A DNA stretch of 64,000 bases from Setoptus koraiensis (Eukaryota; Animalia; Arthropoda): contig CM106586.1 in the NCBI GenBank assembly GCA_048013815.1, forward strand, positions 62,001 through 126,000, read 5' to 3'. Positions within the stretch are counted from its first letter, which is position 1; each line of letters starts with the position of its first letter. The notes under the pieces are model-generated. The model saw only the letters and a list, made by a program, of their open reading frames with translations. It searched no databases and was not told the DNA's origin. The translations under genes and the position numbers were made by a program. Below, piece by piece: positions 13,561 to 26,953 of this stretch.

Positions 13561-15262
13561 ACATCGCACAGCGACAGACAGTCATGCTATATGTACACTA
13601 TATAACAGTTATGTAATATATTGTTCGGGGTGCCAACTAAACAAGACAAAACTGGCACGAGATGTGATGTGATGAGTTGAGTTGGTGGCTTCAATGAGAT
13701 ATTTCATCTCGTAAGCAGATGAACAGCTCGTTGCATTGCCATTGGCACTGATGATGATGATGGTCAGTGGTGTGCCACGGCATCTCGTTGCGCAATACCC
13801 AGTGAGACATGAAGCAATTGTTTATGTGATGGTTTGTGTATGTGCCACAGCTTGCTAAATGAAAGCATCTCTGTGCACTGACGGACAGACACTAATGAGT
13901 GGATTGGAATTGGTGCAGTGTGCACAGATTGAGCATTATTGAGCCAAATTTGTCAGTGTGTGCCATTCATATGTTGTTTGTTAATGTCGATATTGGCATG
14001 TGTCGATGAGCATTGTCGATCACATTAGGTTTAAGTTTGTTAGCTGGCTGTGGGGCCATTTTTAGTTTGGGCATCAAACTATTGCAAGAATTAAATAGAT
14101 AAAGAGAGACATCACAATAGATCACAAAGACACACAAAACAAACAAAACAACATTTGAATGAGCTATTGGGCTCACACTCTAACGAACAGTCAGCAGCTT
14201 GAGTGAGCCAATGATCAGTTAGCTATTCAATAGATAGTTACGCAACACACTATTTGCGCCACTTAAAGCGCCGTTAGCCACTATCGGCACCAACAGTGTG
14301 CAGGCAGTGTCAAGACAGCATAGAGGCACCATAGAGACAGCATAGAGACAGCATAGAGACGGCATAAGACAGCGCCAAGACAGTGCACTGAAGATAGCGA
14401 GAGAAAGTAAAATGATTACATAATAACTATGGTCTGGTGCTCATTAGTTGACTGTTGTATGGCAGTGGCGATAGTAGTTAGCTTGCGATGGGTAGGTGAG
14501 CAACTTTCGCTTGTTGTTGCGACAGCAAAAGGAAGAAGAAACTAGATTAACCAATAGGCACAAACGACGACAAGCATGGCGCTTCTTCAAAGTGATTTAG
14601 CTTCTTTTAGGCTTAATGAGCTTCTTCTACATCATGTTTGTTTGTTTGTCTGCCCTCTCTAATATGATGACGAGCATGATGATGACGATGATACCATCAG
14701 CGTTGGCTTATTTCGTCGATTTGGATCGCCTTGGTTCAGTTTGGTTGCGTTCGGTTGTGTTCGGTTCTGCTTGGTTCTGCTTGGTTCTGCTTGGTTGTGT
14801 TTGGTTCTATTTGGTTGTGTTTGGTTGTGTTTGGTTTGGTGGAATTTGGCTGAGTTTGGTTGGTAGTGGGCAGTTGTTAGTTGTTAGTGGCCGCCAGTTG
14901 GTAGTTGCATTGAAAATGAACCAACTAACAGGAGCACAAATGAGCCCATTTGATGAGTATAGTGACCCATAGTCATCATCTCCTTATCATCATGACGCAA
15001 CCATGTTGATGATGATGACAAGTAATCAAATAAATCGATGGTCATCATCATTAGAGTAGCTCGTTGGCTCGTTCGTCGTCTCGTTCTTTGGCTCGTTCAT
15101 CGCGTTCGTCGTCGCGTTCGCTGGCTCGTTCGTTGGCTCGCTCGTTGGCTTGTTCGCTGGCAAGCTAACCAACTCTTGCTATGTGCCACCGCATATGTGC
15201 ACGCCCATCTCATCAAGTTTTGTGCGTTTGTCATTACCATCACTACCACTACTACCACACAC

Positions 15263-15334
15263 ACTACTGACACTGCTGACACAACTGACACAACTGACAC
15301 TACTGACACGACTGACACTACTGACACTACTGAC
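15263..15334. repeat. 9-bp tandem repeat AC(T/A/G)(A/G)CTGAC x8
   Basis: read directly. Confidence 0.9.
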
Positions 15335-17838
15335 ACTAGGTAGAGAATGAGAGAGAGAGAGCCAGTTAAATATCACACAAACACAAACACAAACACTGAC
15401 ACAAGCACTGGCTCAAGATGGCCGGCCGGTCATGATGATGATGATCATGATGATTACTGTGATGATTATTGTCATCATGATTGTCATAGTCGTCGTATCG
15501 CTACCAATGATCTAACCATCGCAGCCATCGCAACCATCGCAACCATCTAACAGCCATCTCGACCATCAGCTGTGCTGTCAGCTGATGGTGCCAGATGAAA
15601 ACGGACAGCAAATAGCAAGTGTCAAACGACAATGACATCACATCAAACTGGCTCTATCTATCCCACAATTGCCATCTATGCGCACATTATGTCCTGTGCA
15701 GTGGATATAACGTGGCGTGGTCTCAAGTTGAGCTTGCTGTCAGTTTGCTGTCTCAATGTCTTGATTGATCCCACAAGTGACGCAACACACAACCCGCTAG
15801 TCACATTAGGTAGCTTATTGGGCAGTGTGTGTGTGCCAGCAATAAGTCGTGTAGATTAGCATCAATTCAATTGATTGCTCTCTATTCCTGTCATCATCAT
15901 TATCATTATTTTCGCCATTATAATTATCATCATCATCGACATGACGACCATGGCTTCTTCAATTGAGGCCTCATATCAGTGAGTGTCTAGCGACTCAATT
16001 GATCTCATCTCTCCCTCTACTGGCCGATCACACACACACACATCATCGTTTGAGACGAGCCAACCAGCTAACGACGTCGGCTCGAGACTCGCCGGAAGAT
16101 GGAGCCGCGTAAATGCAATTTGTGTGTGTGTGTCGCTCATTGGCCATCATTATCTTTATTACCGTTATTATCTTGCTATGTCTGTGTGTCTGGTTGCAAC
16201 TAGCGACTTGCAGCTCTCTCATACACACACACGCACTCAGTTGGAGCGAGCACACGCACCACCTAATCATCAGAGTTACGTAATGGGTGCCTCAGCTCGA
16301 TGTGAGATAAAATGCGCCACTGAGTGTGGCACAAGTGCCAGATATGGTCACACCAATGGCACATAAAACGAACATGCGACTACATGTGCGATATTGGCCG
16401 TTTCCTGCATTCTATTCAGCGTTCTCTGTCACTTGGCCAACGACAGCAACAACAACAACAACAACCGTTGTAGTGGACACATCAAGTGATAGACAGAGTA
16501 TATATTTACACTTGACAGAATTAGAATAATGACCAACGAGCCCAATATTTGGCGCCTTTTCCTCTTATCGCGCCTCTTGTATTCTTGTGCTCTAGTTGCG
16601 TTCATTCTAGCCTGGCCTGCGTTAGTCTGGTCCGGTCCGGTCCGGTCTGGTCCCGTCTGGTTCAGTCTGGTCTGGTCTAGATGGCGTCTGGCAGACAGAG
16701 AGCAGACCAGACTGGCACCCGACAAGCATCATTTGCAGCCAGTTTTATCTGCAGCAGCACAACGCTGATTGTGTGCGCCACCTACAAGATGTTTCACGCC
16801 AATCCAATCAATAGCATCAGAGTGTCTCTCTCTCTCTCTCTCTCTCATAGTGCATAGATAGTGGCTCACAAAGTTGACAGTTACAATTGTTGCCAATTGC
16901 TCGCTAGCTGACGATTGTGCCGATTTCGATCCAATGCCATGTTTAATAATAATAACTATGTGTCTAGACTGCACAAGTGAGCGCTCAAGATTTCGCAATA
17001 ATAGTAGCAATAATGGCCGATAGAGATGATGATGATACTGGCCTTCGCTGGCCTCACTGGCCCCCACTGGCCCCCACTGGCCAGCGGAGTGTATGGATAT
17101 GGGCACAAAATGGAAATAATGCCGGCGTTAGCTCAAATTAAATGGACAGTGAAGCCAGAATAATAAGTGTATTTGTGTTGATGTGAGTTGTGCGAAATTC
17201 CCCCGGGTGAGATATACTGTTGGCAAGTTTTGTTTGCTGCTAACTAAAACTGAGCCTCCCGACACACGAACTTTCAAATGTCAGCTGACTGTGGATGCAA
17301 TCTGTGGATGCAACCAATGGATCCAAAATAGATCCGAAATGGATCCGAAATGGATCCGAAATAAATCCAACTGTGAACAATGGCCCAACTAGGCGTGTCG
17401 CGGGCACAACCGGCAAAATGGAAGCGGACCGGCCCGCTCGGTGATGTGTCCATGGAGGCCACTTTTGTTTGTCACGACCACACACACATCAGCATTGCTG
17501 ATTGTTGTTATCTACTCTATATATTTATATAGATATATCCTTTGAGATATACGTTGCGTATCATCATGTTGATGGTTAATGATAATGATGATGAGCGGCA
17601 ATAATGATTATCATCATCATTAAAGTGATGATGATGACTACACGCCAGAGTTACGCTTGTTGGCTTCACTTGCTGCAGCGCCAATACAACCCACTGGTGC
17701 CAGTGCCAGTGCCGGTGCTGCTGCTGCTGCAAGTGTCAGCATCGGACGAACATCTCCCGAAAATCTCTTTTTAGGCACAGCACCAAACAATGCACCGTGG
17801 CACCATGCATCATGATGCAACCACAGCAGCAACAACAA

Positions 17839-17869
<31 letters not shown>

Positions 17870-19124
17870 ACGATTGACGCCGTCTTGCCAACTCGCTCAA
17901 CTCATCATCATTTGCTGTCTGTCGCTAGTGTCGCCGGTGCAGCCACTTGCACGCGCACCTATTATGTTGCGTAATCTTAATGTTTACTGCTAAGATTACG
18001 CAATACTTAGTAATCGTTGTCTATGTGCAGATTAAAGCCGATCCGTTGCTAGATCAAGTGACTATGCTCTTGTTGTTGTTGTGGTTGTCGTTGTTGTGGT
18101 TGTTGTTGCTGCTGTTGCTGTTGTTGCTGTTGCTGCTGTTGTTGTCATGATCGTCGACATCATTAAATTAACAACATACACACATCCCATGTCTTGAGCC
18201 GCTTGGCAAGCTGCTCGAGTCAGCTGAGAGCTCGCACAATTGTCAGCTGATTGCCAGCCGATGGTCACTTCCATGACACGGATCACAACAACCCGCCAAA
18301 TGACCATTGCTTGCCGCACCGCACCGCGCCACGCCACGCCTATCTGGTCCTACGGGGCCGATATTGTTGTGCGCTCCAGCTCATCAACATCGCCATCATC
18401 ATCATCATCATCATCATAATAACAATAATAGTAATAATAATAATAATAATCATCATCATCAGCGACGTGGGCGATCGTGGCCCCAGATCTTGGCTGGCTA
18501 GTATGGTAGCAGTAGAATGTAATGTAGTCTAATCTAACCTAGCTAACGGCCATCTAACGGCAACTCATGGCGCTAACTTAGCGCGCTGACTCAACGGCCA
18601 ACCTAATGGCAACAACAGCAACAACAGCAACAACAACAACGGCAACAACAACAACAACAACAACAACATGAGAGAGGCCAACAAATAATATAGACGTGAT
18701 CAAAGGCTCAATGTTCCATTTCTGTCACTGGTCGTCGCTGGCTTTCTATTGCTGCTCATTTAGATCTGGCTCTCTCTCTCTCTTTGGCCATCTCAAATGA
18801 TCTCAAATCATCTCAAATGATGATGACCAGTGCAGATCCAGCAAAAGTAGATGACGATAATAATCATTATCATCACCATTATCATTATTATTACTAGTGC
18901 TGCCAGTGCACCCAAGTCACCATACAGCACCTAACACCCGGCAATCAACAGCACTCATACAAGCGTTGGCCTAGCTGGTGTTAATAATAACTGCTATTCA
19001 AATAATGACACCATCTAAAACTAACGCTCTTTCTCTCTTTGTTGTTGGCGCCACCAACAGGAAAGAATAACAACCAACAAGGTGACCATCTTCGCTATTA
19101 CAATATCAACAAAATTGACAGTAG

Positions 19125-19160
<36 letters not shown>

Positions 19161-19665
19161 AACAAGCTAGCTAAAAAGCGCCCTCTGCACAATTATATTG
19201 TATAAAGGCGTATTGTTGTTGATGGAGCGACTCGATAAAGCACCTCAACAAATATCAGTTGCACACACTCACACGCTGACATCCGCTTTGCGTTTGAGTT
19301 AATTATAATGCGCATAATAGATGATGCAAACAAAGAAACTGCTCACCCAAAATCATTGGCAGTCCCACAACAGCAAATAATTCAATGATGATTCTTTGGT
19401 CTTTGCTGCTGACACTAGCCGATATCCACTCAAAAACCGGGAATAAACTGTGGATAGAGAGAGAGAGAGAAAGCATCATTAGTACACTTGTATAATGATG
19501 ATGATACCGTGCAAGTGTGTATGACTGGACATTGTTCTATCAATGTGTCGCTGCTGTTGTTGTTGTTGTTGTTGCTGCTGTCGTTGTTGCTGTTTCTGCT
19601 GCTGTTGCATCATCAAAGTCAGTGTGAAGTAAGCGGGAAACACACGTTGTCCAAATGATGCTGCC

Positions 19666-19666
19666 G

Positions 19667-19722
<56 letters not shown>

Positions 19723-19723
19723 G
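19666..19723. repeat. (GTT)n microsatellite, about 19 copies
   Basis: read directly. Confidence 0.9.
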
Positions 19724-22013
19724 CTGCTGCTGCTGTCATCATCATCATCATCATCATACAACACACGACAACGACAACATTAGAGCAGATAAAGCCTGGC
19801 CAAGTAAACGAGGCAATCACGACAACGATCACTGATGACGATGATGACGCAACAAACAACATTGATGATATACCGCTCTCTCTCTCTACTATTACATAAT
19901 GTGTGTTACTCACTCAGATTCAAAGAAAGACTTTCAGCTATTATTGCATCATTAGGGAGCGGTCATCTGAGGCTCATCATTAGATGGTGGCCGACGGGCT
20001 GTGTGTCAGTGATACACAGCAAAAGCAGAGGGGATTCATTGCTTCTTCTAACGCCTCTTTGAAATGACGAGTTTGCAAGTCGTCGTCGTCACAGACACAA
20101 GTTGTTGTATCACACAGCATAAGATGCTCGATGCGTGTTTGGGACATATAGAAGTAGAGAGAGAGAGAGCAAATGTTTTTCTTCTGTTTGTTGTTAGATC
20201 ATCGTCTTCTTCTTCTTCTTCTTCTGTTAGATTCTTCTGTTGGATAGTGCCAGTGGTCATCATTAATTCTATTGATGCTGTTTGCAAGACCATCCGACGT
20301 TCTCAGACGGATGTTATTGATGTTGTTATTGTTGTCGTCGGTGTTGTCGCCGTTGTCGCTGATCACACTGGCCGCTAGTGTCCATCATCAAAGATTACAC
20401 ATACAATAACGCCACGGACCAGTATTGAATCTAGTATTAAATGCAGTTTGGCGCCAAATGAAAACTTTTTTGTTCCCTTTTTTCCTCTCGCTCCCTCTCT
20501 CTCCCTCGCTCCACAACTCACAACAACAGATATTTGTGTGTTAGTAAGATAGCAAGCAGCAGCATCACATGGACATCATTACGACATGGGCATTACGATG
20601 TTGATCACCATTACTGCATCAACATGATAAAGAATGAGTGTTGTTGTCGTTGTCGTCGTTACTGTTGTTGTTGTTGTTGTTGTTGTGATGAAGAGCATCA
20701 TCACGCATTCGCACTGATGATGCTAGTGCGATGATGATGATGATCTTGCCAGTGTGCGCAGCAACACTATTAATATTATCCCATCTCATGTATCCGATCT
20801 GTCATATACTTGGCTCCTCTATTTGGCTGCCGGCGCCACAACCAGGCAACAGCAGTAGCAGCATCAGAGTGGTCATCACGTTAATGACACAAACAAACAA
20901 TTATCCCTGCTGGCTCACTCTATCTTCCGCTCACAATGTTGTCAGACGTTACAAGATTGTTCGAGATGATATGGCGCGTCTAGCAACAGCAAAGATGCTG
21001 TCCATCATTAACATCATATCATATCGTAAATACATGGATTACGCTCTTGATATTGTCTTGATATATACGCTCACTGTGTTTAGCTCAATTTTGGTTGCAT
21101 CTTTTGAGCGACAAACAAAGTTACAACAACCAGGTTATAATGTGTGCAAAAGGTGAAGATGGCCCAGTTGTGTGTATGTGATGACACCGACGAAAGATAA
21201 GATTCGAGTTAGTTGCAAGTTGAAGCGACTTAGACAGACACGATCATCATTATCAACATTTTGGAAAATCATTAGCATTGTTATATTATTGATATTGTTG
21301 TCAGTGTGGTTAGTGTTGTTGTTGTGTCAGTTGAAATTGATGTGACTCACAACTACCTAGATATAAAATAACTTGAAATGACAACAACACTCAAGGCTTG
21401 ATATACATGAATATATGATGATGATATTTTGAGAGAAAAAGCAAAACTAATGTTGCACGACAGTAACATTGATTGCATGATGCCATTATGCATGTAATAT
21501 CTCTCCTAATATAACAACCATGTTTTAGAGAGTTCATTTAAACAGTGTTTGAGAACAATTTTAAACTCTCTCAGGTCTAGTGTCAGTATTGTAACAATGA
21601 GATCATAACTGCCATTTAGCCAACAATTTTAATATAATCATTAGATAGAGGATACTTGATTCATGCTTTATTCTCTCTCTCTCTCTCTCTCTAAAAAACA
21701 CAATCGACATAGTTGTAAATGAAAGGACACAACAAAGTAGTTCAAAATGCACTCTGACTGCCGCCCAAAAGAAATAAAACGCAACAAAGGTCGGTCTGGG
21801 TGTGAAATTGTGTGAGAGAACGCAGAACCAAATAAAAAAGAAATGCAACGATATCATTATCATTAGATCCCCGCTTCATATAGGTCCCTCTTCATCAATA
21901 TCACCACCAACAACAACATCTTACCAATAATGATCTAATCTCTCTGATACATTATCTAGAGATTCATAGGGGACACCGTCCAACTTATCATTGCCACTTG
22001 ATCTAGTAGCACA

Positions 22014-22269
22014 GCGCCATCTGACGCTTTGTCTTGAGATCTTTATCATCATCATGGGGGCCGGTACTGGTCATCCGTTCACTAAACTAGCGCCATCTAT
22101 CGCAAGACAATCTCGCTTGTGTTTGGTTTGTGCTTTGAGCGCTTGGTGGCTATTTTATGTAGTGATGGGTACCAATAGATGGCGTGGTAAATGGTTCGAA
22201 ATGGCCGGTACACCATTGCTGTCTTTGGTAATGCCTTAGGAGAACGGAATCGGTGGTAATAGATGGCGC
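22014..22269. promoter_or_regulatory. Cluster of four CTCF-like AGATGGCG(C/T) motifs, two reverse then two forward
   Basis: GCGCCATCT at 22014 and 22090; AGATGGCGT at 22177; AGATGGCGC at 22261; 0.4-0.7 kb upstream of the LIM-HD ATG. Confidence 0.5.
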
Positions 22270-22685
22270 GCACAATCGATTGGAATAACACTTATTTTGG
22301 TTGTTGGCGCATGCGCTCTGGAAGAGCAGCCAGCTCGAATTGGCGATACAAACAAGATATTTCTATAACGTTGACAGAGGAATTTTAGTCGCGAATTATC
22401 TCTTAAAGAAGCAACAACATCAATATGAGCAACAACAGTAATGATATTGACAATAATTGATGCAGTCAGTTTGAGCCAGCGTGCACCGGAGCAGCGCCAA
22501 TTGTGGCGGCGATCGCCAATTGCAACAATCACCGACAACAAGCCAACAATCATCAATTAACAGTAGCTAGCGTGTACAAGGGTCGACCAGCATCGACGGG
22601 CTAGCAGAGGTAAATGAAGAGCAGCGAGTGTAATCAACAGAACCAGCAGTACCAGTTATTAATTAGTTAATTAATTAACCAAACG

Positions 22686-22867
22686 ATGACCATGTTTGCC
22701 ACCATTTGCGCCGGTTGCAATCGCCCTATAACAGAGCGTTTCATATTCTCCGTTATAGATAGATCGTGGCACCAAGACTGTGTAAAATGTGCCGATTGTT
22801 CGACGCGACTTAGAGAGAAATGCTTCTCGCGCGAGGGCATCATATATTGTCGCAACCACTATTATAG
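22686..22867 (+). CDS. tup: LIM-HD exon 1: LIM domain 1 (CAGC...WH..C..C..C...YC..H)
   Basis: [60 protein letters not shown]; donor AG|gtgagt at 22868, phase 2. Confidence 0.95.
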
Positions 22868-25800
22868 GTGAGTATCATTTTAGCGCCTGTTCCTTTTATT
22901 TATGAAGCCTTTGCGGGCAACTGTCACAACTGTCATCTGACAACTGACCATCGACTAATGACAACTGGCTCTGGTACAATTGGTTTTGTATCATTTTTTG
23001 CATGCAAAGAAGCATATTTCATCGATTTAAATGTATTTTCTATTTTATATATATGAACCGCATTTTGCAAACAACAACAGTCGCTTTGGGCCAAAATGCT
23101 CCAATTGTTGCCAACTGATTGAGCCGACGGACTTTGTGCAACGAGTCAGAGATAACATTTTCCATGCACATTGTTTCAGATGTTCCATGTGTCAGGAGCC
23201 GCTGAAAATCGGCGAACAATTGTACCTATGCGAGGACAAGAAATTTCTTTGTAAAAAAGACTACTTGCAACAACAACAATCGTGCAATAAGACCTCAGCG
23301 ACATCACAAACAGCCCTGAAGCCAGAGCTAACGAGCAATGGTCAGCCAACATCGTCATCGTCGATATCGTTGTCGTGGTCATCGTCGTCTAATAATTCCT
23401 TGTTCCAATCGACAAACAAAGGCGCTTCAAATGAGAACATAGACAACAGCAATAACAACGCATCACCGGCCCCAACAACTAACAAGGCTGACAACTCAAT
23501 GACGCAACACTGTGACGGTAAACTGATTGAGCAACAGCAGTCGTCGTTGTTGTTGACCTTATCATCATGTTCAAGCGCAAATAAACAGCAACAACAACAT
23601 ACGGACAACAACAAAGATGAGGATAAACAACAAGTGCATCACCAAGCCAACAAAAGCACGCCACCATCAGCATCACCGGCATCGACGGAAACACCTACGG
23701 CATCGACAGCAACGACAACAACGACCATATCATCGCCGACAAATACTATTGTTAGAACAGCAACGCCAGCAACAACGACCAAGACCAATGTGAAACAACT
23801 GGATCAACAAAACGAATTGACGCCCCTGACAAGTGGCTCAACACCAACAGCAACAGCAACAACAACGACAACACTTGATCAGCATTCGGATCAGCAGCAT
23901 GATTCGGATCAATTGTTGGCAACACCATCGCCTGCTCGCTCCACCAGCCCCAACTCTCAATCGCGCGCCTCGTCTAATGCGTCATCTCACACCATATCAC
24001 CATCACCTGTGTCCTCGTTAATGGGCGTTCGTTCGCGTTCTTCTTCGCCCACCTCATCGTTACTATTATCTGGGTCGTCTGGCCAGCGAACACAGTCGTC
24101 TACATACAATCAGCACAATACTAAAGCGACTAGCGGTGCTAATAATACAATTAAAAGTAGTAGTGGCATCAGACAGAATCGTATTAATCATGCAAGGAAT
24201 GCAAATGTGTCATCAAAGTCATCATCTGCGTCAATATTAGATAATCAGCATCATCGTCATCAGCACAATTTGGTGCAAACGCAACTGCAACAACGAAGCA
24301 ATTCGACTCAATCCGCGTCATCATCATTTCAAGCCACGCAATATCCTTTGCATGGGTCCTCACAGCAACATCACGCTCATCATCAGCACGGCCACAATCA
24401 TCACAACCATCATCATCAGCATCATAATCATCACCAGCAACAGCAACAGCAGCAACAACACCAACAACAGCACCATCATCATCAACAGCATCATCATCAT
24501 CATCAGCATAGTAATAGTAGCAGTAGTAACAGCAGCAGCAATAGTAACAGTGGACAACAACATCAACACAATTCAACAAGCACACCATCAACAGCATCGG
24601 CAACAACCGCAACAGGAACCACAATAACAACAACAGCAAATAATAACAATAATAATCAAAATTCAGATCACAAACCAACAAGAGTTCGTACGGTGTTGAA
24701 TGAGAAACAATTGCATACGTTGCGCACTGTTTATCATACTAATCCTAGACCTGACGCCCTTCTCAAAGAACAATTAGTCGATTTAACCGGCTTATCTCCA
24801 CGAGTGATACGAGTTTGGTTTCAGGTGAGTCAACACACACAGTCGGCTGAATAACACTTGCGTAACGCACTGTTTATTCATATGCGATAGTTAGCACATC
24901 CACACCCACGCACACAAACTCATTAATAACGCGTGGCAATTTAATTGAGGCTGTCCAAGATATCGCTGTGTGTGAATAGAGAGGCCTCAAAAGGCATTGC
25001 GTCGTCGTCATTGGTCAGGTGTTAGTGGACACTTTTGAATGCACAACATTGCACTGGTTACATTGTACACAAGTAGAGTGTCGAGTGTGTGCGTTGACTA
25101 GAGAGCGACTAATTATGCAAATGAATGCAATCAACAATCGCACGCTTAATAATAGAATAGTGTAAAGTTTATTACATAAAGCTGAAAAGTTGCACTGTAT
25201 ATAAACACTTGACGCTAATAGTCAATTGTGGCGCTCTCGACTGCACCATATATCATAGGCATCCATAACTGGCGGGTATTATATGCAGTTAACGGCAAAT
25301 AGTTGCCACTTGTAACGTTAATCAATCACTGATGATGATCGTTTCATTGTTTAATAATATCATTTGAATACATTATTATTCATAGCCATAGTAGTACACA
25401 CTTAATTGCACCAGTATTTTCTTCTAACCTTTTTTCTTTTCATTGCAAATGCGATCAATTGTCACAACGAACTGGATCACAATAGAACAAGCGCTGCAAA
25501 GACAAAAAGAAACAAATACTCAACAAACAATTGGAACAACAGGAAAAGGTGAGTGCAATACCGTGTTGCCAATACGCAACCATTCTCATCTAACAATTGC
25601 GAGATGAATTGCGAGATGAATCAATTCAAGTGTTTGCACACCAATATCCATGCCAATCTGCGCATGAATCTCTCTGCGTATGAATATCAGGTGATCAGAC
25701 GATCAAACGGGCGTGAATAAATGATGTATGATTGTTGTCGAATTTTTGATTGAATCTGGCTAAATTAAATAGTTGCTGAGACGTTGTGCCTTTGCATGTA

Positions 25801-26129
25801 TGCATATATGTATGTGCGTGTGTGTTTATTATGCATATTGATGATCAAAAAAGCAAGATAACAAACATCCACTGCCAAGAAAACCATACAATTCTCTGGC
25901 CAACAGTTCGTTGACCTGGCGCGGCCATTGACAGATTTTGAATAGGGGCCCACCAGTGGCCTATATCGAGCGGTGGTGAGATTGTTGTTGATGCTGTCAG
26001 ATTGTTGTTGTTGCTGTTTTTGTTGTCCTATATTTGCTATTATCGAACAATGGTGGCCTGATGTGTGTTAGACGAGCGTCTTTCGTTGGTTTGTCGTCAT
26101 TCGTCCAGTGTCATTCTCTTCCCCTCTTC

Positions 26130-26160
<31 letters not shown>

Positions 26161-26418
26161 CCTCTCTCGGTAGCTATGTGCACGAATGAGATCAAATCGA
26201 ACGCAACCGAACTGAATCGAACTAAAGTACTGCCACTGTGTGCAAGCCGAACAGAAGAAAAGTTGAATTGGGGGAAGCGAGGGGTGAGCGAGGGGACAGG
26301 CAAGCAGACAGGCATACACAGAATAGACAAAGGAGAGCGCTGATTGGCTGATCTGGTCTGTGAAAAGTTCGCTCGCCAATGCGCTCGATTGGTTGCTCCA
26401 GTGAAGCGTTCATACAAG

Positions 26419-26465
<47 letters not shown>

Positions 26466-26917
26466 GATCGCTTCGCAAAGCCATTCTCTCTTTTTCTCTT
26501 GCTATCTCTATTGATTTAACTGTTATAGGCCTGATCATTGGCTCATCATCTCATCTCAGAACAGCGAGAGTCGTTCTGGTTGCCGTTTCGACTCAACGGC
26601 AGCGACTCGGTGCGTAGACAGTGTGCTCAAGTTGAGCTTGCATAGTTGATTGTGTGTAGACTGGCGACCATAAGCTATGGTAATAGTTGAGTCATTATTG
26701 GCGCCATCATTGTAAACAAGATGCAATTTAAATGATCAAAAATGCAACCTCAACGATCTGCACATGATTATCAATGATAGTCAATATAGGCCCATGATAG
26801 ATTGTCGTTGGTTGGTTCATTTAGTATGGCATTGTATCACTACTGCTCATTCAGTGCCTGCTACATTCACGAGACAATCACCATTGTTGACACCAAGCTA
26901 GCACACGCACACACACG

Positions 26918-26953
<36 letters not shown>

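Noticed and set aside
1-22600. Search for separate Islet-type LIM exons (PDLEWH motif) upstream
   Set aside because: The GAGTGGCA(C/T) hits near 1450 and 1910 do not translate into LIM domains
24184-24681. Minus-strand and alternative-frame ORFs in LIM-HD exon 2
   Set aside because: Shadows of the low-complexity coding exon
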